Positions 20,233-29,734 of a stretch of DNA of 64,000 nucleotides are shown one piece after another. Both the position numbers and the translations under genes were made by a program. The notes beneath the pieces were generated by a model. The model was given only the letters and a program-made list of their open reading frames with translations. It did no database searches and was not told the origin of the DNA. How positions within the stretch are numbered: position 1 is the stretch's first letter; each line of letters begins with the position of its first letter. Source of the stretch: Flavobacteriales bacterium (lineage in GTDB: Bacteria > Bacteroidota > Bacteroidia > Flavobacteriales_F > PHOS-HE28); assembly GCA_017987895.1 (NCBI GenBank), contig JAGNSU010000001.1, positions 48,606-112,605 of the forward strand, written 5' to 3'.

Positions 20233-22023
20233 ATGGCACGGTTCCGCATGACCATTGGAAGGAAGATCGGGATGGGCTTCGGCTTGTTCATCTTCTTCGC
20301 GGCCCTGGTCTTGTTGCTCACGAACCGCACCCTGGAGCGGAGCCGAAGGATCAACGACGAGATCAATCAGGTGTATAGCCCCAGCGTAGACGCCCTGGTG
20401 CGTCTGCGCAACCTCATCGTCAATGCCCATATGCTCATCAAGCACTGGGCCCTTGTGGAAAGCCGCCCCGACGCGCGCGAGAAGACCGCCTTGATCGAAC
20501 TGACCAACCAAGCCCTGCCGAAATTGCTCGATCAGATCGATACGCTTTCGGCCAATTGGGACAAGGAGGAGGTCGCGTTGGTCAATAGGGTCTTTGGCGA
20601 GATGGACGGACTCTTCATCATCCACGAGAACATCAAGGAGTTGCTCCCCAATATGGAGAGTTACAGCGACCCATTGGTCTTCCTGGAGCGCAATGACCTG
20701 GCGGAGGAGGGAGGCCCGTTGGACGAACAGACCGATAAGGTGCTGGGTGACCTGGATGTCCTTCTTGTCATGCAGGAATCGAAACGGCGCCAGTTGAGCA
20801 ATGGTATGATCCGCAGTTTCGACTCGCTGAAGTTCTTTGTGCTTTATCTCGGCATGGGCCTTATCGCCATCGGACTGCTGGTGGCCTTTTTGATCATTCG
20901 CGGCATCGTGGGGCCCGTGCAACGCCTGCGGTCCGTACTTCTCGGCCTGGGCAGAGGAGTGTTCCCGCGAGCGCGCATGAAAGCGGGGAACGATGAGATC
21001 GGCGAAATGACGAGCGCGTTGATGGGTCTTGTGGACGGCCTTCGCCGCACTACGGACTTCAGCCATGCCGTGGCGGCGGGCGATTTCGTGACCGAGTACA
21101 AACCACTTAGCGAAGAGGACGTTTTGGGCCATGCCCTGCTCAAAATGCGCACCGAACTGGGTGAACGGGAACGTACGCTGGAGCAGAAGGTCCGCGAACG
21201 CACCGAGGAAGTGGTGCGTCAAAAGGAGGAAGTGGAACGCCAGAGCCGCAAGGTGGTGGAACTCTACAAGAACGTCACAGATAGTATCCGCTACGCCAAG
21301 CGGCTCCAGGAGTCCATCCTACCCCCCGAACGACGTATCCGGGAAATGCTACCACGGTCGTTCGTCTTCTATCGCCCGAAGGACATCGTTTCCGGGGATT
21401 TCTATTGGTTCGACAAGGTGGGCGAGAAGATCGTTTTCGCGGCGGTGGACTGCACGGGCCACGGGGTGCCAGGAGCCTTCATGAGCCTCGTAGGTCACAA
21501 CGGGCTCAACCAGGCCATCAAAGAACGCGGACTGGTACGCCCGAGCGAGGTGCTGAAAGACCTCAACCGGATCGCTTTCGACGCGCTTCACAAGGATCGG
21601 GACCAGTCCTTGGTGCGCGATGGAATGGACATGGCACTGTGTGTCTTCGACCCCAAGGACCTCACCCTCGAATACGCCGGAGCCAACTGTCCGCTCTATC
21701 TGGTGAGGGACAGGGAGGTGATCCACTTCACACCGGACAAGATCCCCATAGGAGGGTTCGAACTCAACGGGAAAGCGTTCACCGACCATCGGGTCCAACT
21801 CCGAGAGGGGGACCTGATCTATATATTCTCCGACGGGTATGCGGATCAGTTCGGGGGGCCTAAAGGCAAGAAATTCCTCTACCGCCGCTTCCGCGACCTC
21901 CTGATAAGCGTGAGCAACGAGCCGTTGGAAGCTCAGAAGCGGGCACTTCTCGACGCCTTTATGGAGTGGAAAGGCGCCCACGAGCAAGTAGACGACATCC
22001 TGGTGATCGGCATGCGCGCCTGA
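20233..22023 (+). CDS. membrane sensor HAMP domain-containing PP2C (SpoIIE/RsbU-type) serine phosphatase
   Basis: TM1, a ~170-aa periplasmic helical domain, TM2, a HAMP domain, a coiled coil, then a SpoIIE domain (SGDFYWF...DCTGHGVPGA...SDGYADQFGG). Confidence 0.85.
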   Translation: MARFRMTIGRKIGMGFGLFIFFAALVLLLTNRTLERSRRINDEINQVYSPSVDALVRLRNLIVNAHMLIKHWALVESRPDAREKTALIELTNQALPKLLDQIDTLSANWDKEEVALVNRVFGEMDGLFIIHENIKELLPNMESYSDPLVFLERNDLAEEGGPLDEQTDKVLGDLDVLLVMQESKRRQLSNGMIRSFDSLKFFVLYLGMGLIAIGLLVAFLIIRGIVGPVQRLRSVLLGLGRGVFPRARMKAGNDEIGEMTSALMGLVDGLRRTTDFSHAVAAGDFVTEYKPLSEEDVLGHALLKMRTELGERERTLEQKVRERTEEVVRQKEEVERQSRKVVELYKNVTDSIRYAKRLQESILPPERRIREMLPRSFVFYRPKDIVSGDFYWFDKVGEKIVFAAVDCTGHGVPGAFMSLVGHNGLNQAIKERGLVRPSEVLKDLNRIAFDALHKDRDQSLVRDGMDMALCVFDPKDLTLEYAGANCPLYLVRDREVIHFTPDKIPIGGFELNGKAFTDHRVQLREGDLIYIFSDGYADQFGGPKGKKFLYRRFRDLLISVSNEPLEAQKRALLDAFMEWKGAHEQVDDILVIGMRA

Positions 22024-22027
22024 TCCC

Positions 22028-22867
22028 CTAGGGGCCCCACACCGGCATGTCGCTCACCGTGGTGTTGAGCGGGTTCATGCACATCACCGGGATCATCGGC
22101 TCATTGGTGATCACCTCTTGCTCGTTGGGCACGCCTAGCACACCGAAGATGCTGTTCTGAAGCATGTTGACGATCGCGATCAGGTCGGCGTCCACCTTCA
22201 CCGCATAGCGGATGACGCCCTTCACAAAATCGTCACTGTCCTCGTCCAGGATAGCGGCCTCGTGCTCGATACCCCGTTCCCGGAGGAACTGGTTCGCGAA
22301 CTTCAAATGGTTGCCTAACTGGTTGTGAAGGAACTCATCGCTCTCCTTGGGCACGACCAGGTGTACTCGGCTCCCAAAGTACTTGGCCATATCAGCGACC
22401 AGGCTAAGCTTGTTCCGCGATTCCTTATGCAGGTCGAGGGGTACGACGATGTCGCCGTAACCAGTGGCCTTGATATCGCGCTCCTGGACCACTATGAAGG
22501 GCACGGAGCTATTCGTTATCACGCGCAGGGCGCGGCTGCCGGTAATGAACTGCATGCCGCGCATCCCGTGAGTGCCCATGATGATCATGACGGCCCCCAA
22601 CTCCGCGGCCACCACCCCGATGTCCTCATATACGCTTCCCACACGGACCACGGGTGTCACGGGCACCTGAGCGTTCCACCTCTTCGCACGTTCGGCTTCC
22701 ATGTGCAACTTCATCATGGCCTCCTCGGTATGCGCTGCCTTATCCACGATGTGCAGGATGGCTACGCCTGCACCCAGGCGCTCCGCTAGCTTCATCGCGT
22801 GGTTCATAGCGCAATCAGCCACTTTTGTGAAATCCGTGGGAACGAGGATGGTCTTGCCCTTGCTCAT
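22028..22867 (-). CDS. tandem-domain universal stress protein
   Basis: Two UspA-like halves (ILVPTDF...GTHGMRG; VPLDL...). Confidence 0.85.
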   Translation of the reverse strand: MSKGKTILVPTDFTKVADCAMNHAMKLAERLGAGVAILHIVDKAAHTEEAMMKLHMEAERAKRWNAQVPVTPVVRVGSVYEDIGVVAAELGAVMIIMGTHGMRGMQFITGSRALRVITNSSVPFIVVQERDIKATGYGDIVVPLDLHKESRNKLSLVADMAKYFGSRVHLVVPKESDEFLHNQLGNHLKFANQFLRERGIEHEAAILDEDSDDFVKGVIRYAVKVDADLIAIVNMLQNSIFGVLGVPNEQEVITNEPMIPVMCMNPLNTTVSDMPVWGP

Positions 22868-22964
22868 GCGTGCATTGGTACTGGTGAGGTGGCCGAAGAT
22901 AGCGGGCGTGCGACATCCGGCGGAAGGTTCGCCGTTGGATGTCGCCGGAGCTCATCGCAGCGGG

Positions 22965-25900
22965 TTATGGCATCCGCACTAAGCGCTGGATGTGCATACG
23001 TTCGTCACCCCCCACCTCCAGCAGATAGACGCCCGAAGCCAAGGCAGGGGGGGAGAGGTCTATCTCAGCCCTGCCCCCGACCAGCTCGCGCCACACCAAT
23101 TGGCCCGTGGCGTCGGTGAGCCGGATCTCTCTGGCGCCAAGGAGGGCGGACCCCCGCACGTGCAGCTCTGTGCTGAAAGGAACAGGCCAAACCACCAGAA
23201 CATCGTTCCGGAAGGAGGGGGCGACCGCCGTGGAGAGGAGGTCGATCTCCTCACAATGCTCAGCGAAGCAGGAGTCTTGGGTCAGAGGGTCCCACGCCCA
23301 GACCACCAGGCACGCCTCATATATCGCGCCCCCGGCGTACGTGTGGGTGACGTTCGGCCCCTGATCCGTGGAGCCGTCCCCGAAGTACCAGAGGTAGTTC
23401 CATTGTGGATGCACCAGTGCACTCGCGAACTCCACCGTCGATCCATTGCTCGCCAGGCTGAAGTTCGCGCTCAGGCTGTCGCAGGGCGATCCCTGGCCAG
23501 GAACCACTACCTGGGTACAGGTGCTGTCCACGCAGTTCTCCCAGTACGCGGTTAGGCATATGGTATACACTCCAGGCGCCGGGAACGTGTGCAGCGGAGC
23601 AACATCGGTGCTGCCAGACCCATCCCCGAAGTTCCATTGATACTGAACTCCCTGGCCCGGGCTGGAGGTGCAATTGTTGAAGAAGAGCGCTTGTTGACCG
23701 ATCGCGGAAGGCACGAAACACGCCTGCAGGCTGTCACAGGGAGAACCACCGCTGGCCACGGTCACCCATTCGCAATGCTCAGCGAAGCAGGAGTCTTGCG
23801 TCATTGGGTCCCAAGCCCACACCACAAGGCAGACGTGATAAGTGGAGTCGGCCTGGTAGGTGTGTTGCGCGACCGGCCCAAAGCCGGACGAGCCATCGCC
23901 GAAGTACCACTGATAGCTCCACAGGGGGTCGATCACGGCGCTCTGGAAACTGGCGGAGAGGCCATTGGGGATGGCGGTGAAATCCGCGTTCAGGCTATCA
24001 CAGGGGCTCTGCACTTGCAGGTCGACAACGCCGCAGACCGTTAGCATACAAGTGTCTTGAGAAAGCGGGTCATAAGCCCATACGGTGAGGCATACTTGGA
24101 AATAGTCGGGACCCGGGAAAGTGTGCGTCGCGCTTGCGGTATAGGCGTAGGTGCCATCACCGAAACCCCACTCCAAGTATGCGGGGATCAAGCTTCCGTA
24201 GGTGACGGTCGCGTCGAACGCCACGGTGAGCGGGCCTGTTTCTTGATGGGTCCAGGAGGCGGTAAGCGCGTCGCAAGGATCGCTGCCGCCGCCGATCTGG
24301 ACGACAGCGCATGTACTGTCGACGCAATTCTGCCAATAAGCGATCAAGCAGACGTTGTAGGTCCCGGGCCCGGGGAACGTGTGGATAGGGGAAACATCCG
24401 TGCTACCGGAGCCATCGCCGAAGTTCCACTGGTACTGTGTTCCCTGCCCTGGTGCGGAGGTGCAGTTGTTGAAGAAAGCAACCTGTTGACCAAAGATCGA
24501 GGGCACAAAACACGCCTGGAGACTATCGCAAGGAAGGCCCCCGTTCGTCACGGTCACCCATTCGCAATGGTCGGCAAAGCAGGTGTCTTGGGTCAGCGGA
24601 TCCCAGGCCCACACGAGGAGGCAGACGTGATAGGTGGAGTCAGCAGGGTAGGTGTGTTGAGCGATGGGCCCAAAGCCGGACGAGCCATCGCCGAAGTACC
24701 AGAGATAGCTCCATTGCGGATGGATCACCGCGCTCTGGAAACTGGCGGAGAGCCCATTGGGGATGGCGGTGAAGCCCGCGTTCAGACTGTCACACGGGCT
24801 ATGCACTTGTAGATCGACGATGCCGCATACCGTCACCATGCAGGTGTCCATGGAAAGGCTGTCCCAGCCCCATACGGTCAGGCAGACCTGGAAATAGTCC
24901 GGCCCCGGGAAGGTGTGCGTGGCGTTCGCGGTATAAGCGTAAGAACCATCGCCGAAGTTCCATTCGAGATACACTGGGATCAAGCTTCCGTAGGTCACCG
25001 TCGCGGTAAAGTCCGCCCCGAGACCTCCGGTTTCCTGGTGGGTCCACGAAGCGGTCAACGCGTCGCACGGATCACCGCCACCACCGATCTGCACGGAGGC
25101 GCAGGTGCTGTCCACACAATTTTGCCAGTAGGCGATCAAACACACGTTGTAGGTACCGGGCCCGGGGAAGGTGTGGGCCGGCGAGACGTCCGTGCTGCCG
25201 GAACCATCCCCGAAGCTCCACTGGTATTGCGCGCCTTGGCCGGGTGTGGAGGTGCAATTGTTGAAGAACACCAGCTGACCCAATGCGGAAGGGAAAAAAC
25301 ACGTCTGTAGGCTATCGCAAGGAGAACCACCGCTGGCCACGGTTACCCATTCGCAGTGGTCGGCGAAGCAGGTGTCTTGGGTCAGCGGATCCCAGGCCCA
25401 CACGAGGAGGCAGACGTGATAGGTGGAATCGGCCAGGAAGGTGTGTTGCACGACGGGTCCGAAGCCCGAAGATCCATCGCCGAAGTCCCAGAGATAGCTC
25501 CAGAACGGATCGATCACGGCGCTTTGGAAACTGGCGGAAAGGCCATTCGGGATCGCGGTGAAATCAGCGTTCAGACTGTCACACGGACCTGATCCTCCGC
25601 CGATCACTACGGTCGTACAGGTGCTGTCGGCACAACTCTGCCAATATGCGATCAGGCATACGGTGTAAGTCCCGGGCGCGGGGAAAGTGTGGAGAGGCGA
25701 AGTGTCCGTACTTCCTGAACCATCGCCGAAGCTCCATTGGTATTGTGTGCCTTGCCCGGGTGCGGATGAGCAGTTGTTGAAGAGCACTACTTGCTGGCCG
25801 AGCACTTCCGTGTCGATGCACGCCTGCAGGCTGTCGCAGGTCGTTCCACCCCCGGTCGCTACAACCCACTGGCAGTGGGTCGTTGTGCAGGTATCCTGGG

Positions 25901-26462
25901 TGAAGGAGTTCCAGTACCCGGCGGTATAGCAAACCTGGTATTGGCCTGCCTGTGGATAGGCGTGCTGTGTGGGGTCGCCGAACCCTTGGGTACCATCGCC
26001 AAAATTCCACCAATGCCAGATGGCCGGGAGATTCGCCGCGCCGTCGAACAGCACGGTGTTGTTACCCACCGAGGTCCAGGTGAACCCCGCCTCGAAGGTG
26101 CTGTCGCATTCATTGTTCGCACCCACTACGAGCGTATCGCAGTACTTGCTCACGCAGTTCTGCCAGGTCACAGTAAGACAGATCTCCCAGGCGCCCGTTT
26201 GGAACGTGTGCGTAGGAAAGGACTGTGTACTCGTGGTGTTGTCGCCGAAGTACCAAAGGAGATCGGTGTTCTGAAGGTCCGGCGAGGTGCTCCCGTTGTT
26301 GAAGGCGTAAGTGTTGCCTTGTAACAGCACTGGGGTAAAGAAGGCGTTCACCAAAGAGTCGCAGGGGTTTTGCGCTGCGACCAAGAAGGGGAACGCTACG
26401 GACAGCAGAGTAGAATATCGGAGGATCATTCGCAAGGGGGTGTGTCGATGAAGAGGACGCAC
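22965..26462 (-). CDS. Cys-rich PKD-repeat surface protein with T9SS C-terminal sorting domain
   Basis: Signal peptide. 12 modules carrying the PKD core W-x-F-G-D-G. C-terminal ~80 aa T9SS type-A tail (VWPVPFSTELHV...GVYLLEV). A possible alternative start lies at 26429. Confidence 0.85.
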   Translation of the reverse strand: MRPLHRHTPLRMILRYSTLLSVAFPFLVAAQNPCDSLVNAFFTPVLLQGNTYAFNNGSTSPDLQNTDLLWYFGDNTTSTQSFPTHTFQTGAWEICLTVTWQNCVSKYCDTLVVGANNECDSTFEAGFTWTSVGNNTVLFDGAANLPAIWHWWNFGDGTQGFGDPTQHAYPQAGQYQVCYTAGYWNSFTQDTCTTTHCQWVVATGGGTTCDSLQACIDTEVLGQQVVLFNNCSSAPGQGTQYQWSFGDGSGSTDTSPLHTFPAPGTYTVCLIAYWQSCADSTCTTVVIGGGSGPCDSLNADFTAIPNGLSASFQSAVIDPFWSYLWDFGDGSSGFGPVVQHTFLADSTYHVCLLVWAWDPLTQDTCFADHCEWVTVASGGSPCDSLQTCFFPSALGQLVFFNNCTSTPGQGAQYQWSFGDGSGSTDVSPAHTFPGPGTYNVCLIAYWQNCVDSTCASVQIGGGGDPCDALTASWTHQETGGLGADFTATVTYGSLIPVYLEWNFGDGSYAYTANATHTFPGPDYFQVCLTVWGWDSLSMDTCMVTVCGIVDLQVHSPCDSLNAGFTAIPNGLSASFQSAVIHPQWSYLWYFGDGSSGFGPIAQHTYPADSTYHVCLLVWAWDPLTQDTCFADHCEWVTVTNGGLPCDSLQACFVPSIFGQQVAFFNNCTSAPGQGTQYQWNFGDGSGSTDVSPIHTFPGPGTYNVCLIAYWQNCVDSTCAVVQIGGGSDPCDALTASWTHQETGPLTVAFDATVTYGSLIPAYLEWGFGDGTYAYTASATHTFPGPDYFQVCLTVWAYDPLSQDTCMLTVCGVVDLQVQSPCDSLNADFTAIPNGLSASFQSAVIDPLWSYQWYFGDGSSGFGPVAQHTYQADSTYHVCLVVWAWDPMTQDSCFAEHCEWVTVASGGSPCDSLQACFVPSAIGQQALFFNNCTSSPGQGVQYQWNFGDGSGSTDVAPLHTFPAPGVYTICLTAYWENCVDSTCTQVVVPGQGSPCDSLSANFSLASNGSTVEFASALVHPQWNYLWYFGDGSTDQGPNVTHTYAGGAIYEACLVVWAWDPLTQDSCFAEHCEEIDLLSTAVAPSFRNDVLVVWPVPFSTELHVRGSALLGAREIRLTDATGQLVWRELVGGRAEIDLSPPALASGVYLLEVGGDERMHIQRLVRMP
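23240..25840 (-). repeat. in-frame tandem super-repeat, period ~789-792 bp (three PKD modules per unit), about 3 copies
   Basis: Near-identical blocks start at 23763, 24555 and 25344 (CACCCATTCGCAATG / TACCCATTCGCAGTG). Spacings are 792 and 789 nt. Outer boundaries are approximate. Confidence 0.8.
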
Positions 26463-26490
26463 CCAAGGCGCGGATCGTCGCCCTAGGTCC

Positions 26491-27645
26491 TCAGGACTTA
26501 ATGAAACGTGCGGTCCAAGCCTGGCTCGGTCCTTCCAATCGCAGAACGTACATACCCGCCGGGAGGCCGAAGGTGTCTATGTCCAAGGGCGCCCCAGCCG
26601 GCCATTTGCCGCTGCGAAGGGGTCTGCCTTGTGGGTCCAAGAGCGCCCAAGTTCGCACCCGGGCATCCTGTGGCACGCTTACGTGGAGCACGTCCGAACA
26701 CGGCACGGGCCAAAGCGAAGGGGCGCCATAAGTCGGGCGCTCTTCGACGGTCACCAAGGGGTACATATCGATCAGAACACACGTGGTGAGCGTGCACGTA
26801 TCCGGCGCAAGCCCGCCCCAAATGGACACAGTGAGGCATACGGTATAGCTGCTTATCATCTGGTACTCGTGGATGGGGAACTCCTCTGTACTATAGTTCC
26901 CATCACCGAAATCCCAGAGCACCGAACCCGTGGCGCCGATATTGAAGGAGGTGTTGAAGAACGCGCAGAAGTTGCCATTGGTCGACCAGCCGAAGGAGGG
27001 GATCAGGATCTGTCCGCAGGGCAGGGTATCCGGCCCGAAATAGACCCAGTGGCAAACGGTCGTTTCGCAGCTGTCCTGGTTCAACTGGTCCAGTAGATAG
27101 GCGGTCATGCAAACCTCGTAAGGCCCGTTGCCGCTGAACGTGTGCGTAACAGGATCGCCGGTACCGTACGAGCCGTCGCCGAAGTTCCAATCCACTCCCA
27201 GCACCGTCGCGCCGACGCTGTCGTTCATCATGAAGGTGAAGGCGCCATTGTCGAAGCTGCCGGTGAAATCGACCTCTACGGAATCGCAGAGCCCGGCAGG
27301 AAGCGGGTCCACCACAACGACTTCGCAAACCGTGGTCTGGCAGTACTGTCCCAAGCTATCCTGGGCGGTCACGGTCACACACACCAAGTAGGTGCCCGGG
27401 ACCACGAAATCAAAGTTGATATACGACCCGTTCTCAACGGAGGCCTGTGCGTCGCCCATGTTCCAAGAGATACCCACTATGCCGTAGCCGCCACTATCGA
27501 CCGTGGCCACGAAGACCCAAGAGGTTCCTCCTGTCGATATGGCTTCGATCGAAACCTGCAACGTGGAATCGCACGGCTGCCCTTGCGCGCGTGCGCCGAA
27601 AAACGACGACATCAGAAGGAACGCTATGAGCAGTGGACGGCGCAT
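26491..27645 (-). CDS. PKD-repeat protein with T9SS C-terminal sorting domain
   Basis: Signal peptide MRRPLLIAFLLMSSFFGARAQ. Four W-(N/D)-(M/F)-GDG PKD-like modules. T9SS tail (LWPVPCSDVLHV...GMYVLRL). Confidence 0.8.
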   Translation of the reverse strand: MRRPLLIAFLLMSSFFGARAQGQPCDSTLQVSIEAISTGGTSWVFVATVDSGGYGIVGISWNMGDAQASVENGSYINFDFVVPGTYLVCVTVTAQDSLGQYCQTTVCEVVVVDPLPAGLCDSVEVDFTGSFDNGAFTFMMNDSVGATVLGVDWNFGDGSYGTGDPVTHTFSGNGPYEVCMTAYLLDQLNQDSCETTVCHWVYFGPDTLPCGQILIPSFGWSTNGNFCAFFNTSFNIGATGSVLWDFGDGNYSTEEFPIHEYQMISSYTVCLTVSIWGGLAPDTCTLTTCVLIDMYPLVTVEERPTYGAPSLWPVPCSDVLHVSVPQDARVRTWALLDPQGRPLRSGKWPAGAPLDIDTFGLPAGMYVLRLEGPSQAWTARFIKS

Positions 27646-27651
27646 GAACGG

Positions 27652-29127
27652 TCAGCGGGTTCGCGAAGGAAGGGTATAGGTCAGTTGCGCCAAGCCGCCC
27701 CAACGCCTCGGCAGGGCTTGGAGGGGAGCATGGGAAGAGAACAGCGTTAGGCCAGTATGATAGGCCGGACCAGCGGAGATGACCCAACGCTCGCCGACCC
27801 GGAATCCGGCGCTCACGCCGATCTGGGCGCTTAGAAGACCGTAGGAGCGGTCTTTCTCCGGGAGTTCCTCCGCAGTTAATGTTTCCACCCCAGCGTTGTT
27901 GGCCCCACTTACCAGTACGTAGCCCTCCCGCAACGTATGCCATTCGCCGGCCAGAGCCATATTAAGCCCCAACTTCCATCGACGCGATCCCCAGTCCCAA
28001 CCCAACAGCACCGGCACGCGGATCACCGAAGAGCGATTGGTCCCCGTGAACGTCTCGCTACGCTGTTCCACGACCACCGCGGTATCTGTCACGACCGCGA
28101 TCACCATTTCATCGAAAGTGGCGAACTGGGTGGTCACCGCCATGGTCATGTCCTGGCGCTGGTCCATGTGATCGAACGAAGAACGACCCTTTCCGAATTC
28201 GACACCCGAGCCAGCCCAAAAACCGCTGTGCCAGGAACGACCGAAGTACAGGCCATAGAGCAGGTCGCGCTTCTTCTCCTCTGACTCGCGCCAGGCAGCC
28301 ACCAGTTCCTCGTCGTCTCCGCTCCAGTGGCGGGTTACGGAATACATACCCACACCAGCGCCGACCCACCATTCACCATGGGGAAGGACATAGTCCGCCG
28401 GGGGCGTAACACTCTTCGTCGTCGAGGAGGGAGGATCCAATGGCATCAGGCTTTTCCAAGGCTCCATGCGGACCGGATCAGCCGCGATGAGCGGGCGTTG
28501 GCCGCCAAATGCTGAAACACCGGTCGCCGCGACCTGTGACGGAGCCGCATGATCCACGCGGCCGGTTTCGGAGGTGCCACCAGAAGGGCCCGTATCAGCG
28601 TTGACCAAGGGTTCGGCGTCGGCGTACTGCACGGACCGTTCTTCAGCCTTGCGACCTTCATCGATGTTGTCCGCTAGGGGGCGGTTCTCCTCTGCGCGGT
28701 CGGGGTTGGTTACCTCTGTGGGTGGGATCTCGGGAATGTATGCCGTTGGAACAGATCCGCTTCCGCGGCCAGCAACCAGAGTTGCCTGTTCGGGTGCGTC
28801 AGAATAGACCTCGGAGAGGGGCATGATCTCCGGAGCGGTCGTCCTGGGTGCTTGTACTTCCGGCTGGGTGTTCGAGGTCGGACGTGCAGCATACGTGCCT
28901 TGCGGACCAGAGGAAGAGGCCGCGTACCACGTCGTGCCCCCACCGCACAACAGGAGGACAACAAGTAGTGGCCACCGACGCCGCAAGCGAATGAGCTGGC
29001 GATGGCCCCAGGAGCGCTGGTGCATCACCCCTTCCAGAACCCCGGAAGGAGGTGCCATCTCGGCGTTCGCCAGGCCCTGCCTGAACAGATCATCTATCGG
29101 ATGCTTTTCCCGCATGGGATGGCTCAT
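27652..29127 (-). CDS. ECF-associated membrane protein: anti-sigma-like N-terminus, one TM helix, Pro/Ser/Thr-rich linker, C-terminal beta-barrel-like domain
   Basis: Start overlaps the sigma gene stop. HPIDDLFRQGL N-terminus and TM helix LLVVLLLCGG. The last ~230 aa show alternating hydrophobic beta-strand patterns (WWVGAGVGMYS, WKLGLNMALAGEW). Confidence 0.5.
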   Translation of the reverse strand: MSHPMREKHPIDDLFRQGLANAEMAPPSGVLEGVMHQRSWGHRQLIRLRRRWPLLVVLLLCGGGTTWYAASSSGPQGTYAARPTSNTQPEVQAPRTTAPEIMPLSEVYSDAPEQATLVAGRGSGSVPTAYIPEIPPTEVTNPDRAEENRPLADNIDEGRKAEERSVQYADAEPLVNADTGPSGGTSETGRVDHAAPSQVAATGVSAFGGQRPLIAADPVRMEPWKSLMPLDPPSSTTKSVTPPADYVLPHGEWWVGAGVGMYSVTRHWSGDDEELVAAWRESEEKKRDLLYGLYFGRSWHSGFWAGSGVEFGKGRSSFDHMDQRQDMTMAVTTQFATFDEMVIAVVTDTAVVVEQRSETFTGTNRSSVIRVPVLLGWDWGSRRWKLGLNMALAGEWHTLREGYVLVSGANNAGVETLTAEELPEKDRSYGLLSAQIGVSAGFRVGERWVISAGPAYHTGLTLFSSHAPLQALPRRWGGLAQLTYTLPSRTR

Positions 29128-29680
29128 GTATTGCGTGAATGCGTTCTTGTAACATGCGGCGCGCCTTGGCTAATTGGCTGCGCGAAGTGCTTTCTCCGCA
29201 ACCCAACATGGCGGCTATCTCCGCATGGTCGTATCCTTCTATGGCGTACAGATTGAACACCATCCGGTATCCATCCGGTAAAGCCGCCACCAGTGCGAGC
29301 AACTCCTGCGTTCCGAGGTCGCCCACCACGGTTTCCGGCACCGGGCTCTCGGGCAGCTTTTCCAGTCCGAACCGTTCTTGCTGGAAGGCCTTGCGCCGGT
29401 AGTGATTGATCGCGGTATGCACCATGATCCTCCGCACCCAGCCCTCCAGCGAACCATCCTGGCGGAAGCCGCCCAGCTTGTCGAACACTCGGATAAAACC
29501 CTCCTGCATCATGTCCTCGGCTTCCAGTTCGTGGCGGGCATAGCGGAGACACACGGCGTACATGCGCCGTGCATAGCGGGCGTAGAGCAACTCCTGACAG
29601 CGACGGTCCTCCTTCAGGCAGCCCTCCACCAACTCGCGTTCCGTGAGTTCGCGCACTGTTGTGGTTCGTTCCGTTGACAT
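29090..29680 (-). CDS. RNA polymerase ECF-type sigma-70 factor
   Basis: Region 2 (YARRMYAVCLRYARHELEAEDMMQEGFIRVF) and region 4 (GYDHAEIAAMLGCGESTSRSQLAKAR). Confidence 0.9.
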   Translation of the reverse strand: MSTERTTTVRELTERELVEGCLKEDRRCQELLYARYARRMYAVCLRYARHELEAEDMMQEGFIRVFDKLGGFRQDGSLEGWVRRIMVHTAINHYRRKAFQQERFGLEKLPESPVPETVVGDLGTQELLALVAALPDGYRMVFNLYAIEGYDHAEIAAMLGCGESTSRSQLAKARRMLQERIHAIHEPSHAGKASDR

Positions 29681-29726
29681 GACGGGTGTGGTGGCTCGAC
29701 CGCTGCCTGACCGGCCGATCGGGCTC

Positions 29727-29734
29727 GGCCCGCA
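29727..29734. repeat. target-site duplication, left copy (GGCCCGCA)
   Basis: An identical 8-mer abuts the outside of both terminal inverted repeats. Confidence 0.8.

Noticed and set aside
22965-26462. Regular repeats that could be mistaken for a CRISPR-like or satellite array
   Set aside because: The period is ~790 bp, the repeats lie entirely within one reading frame, and they encode PKD modules. There are no short repeat-spacer units and no cas genes.
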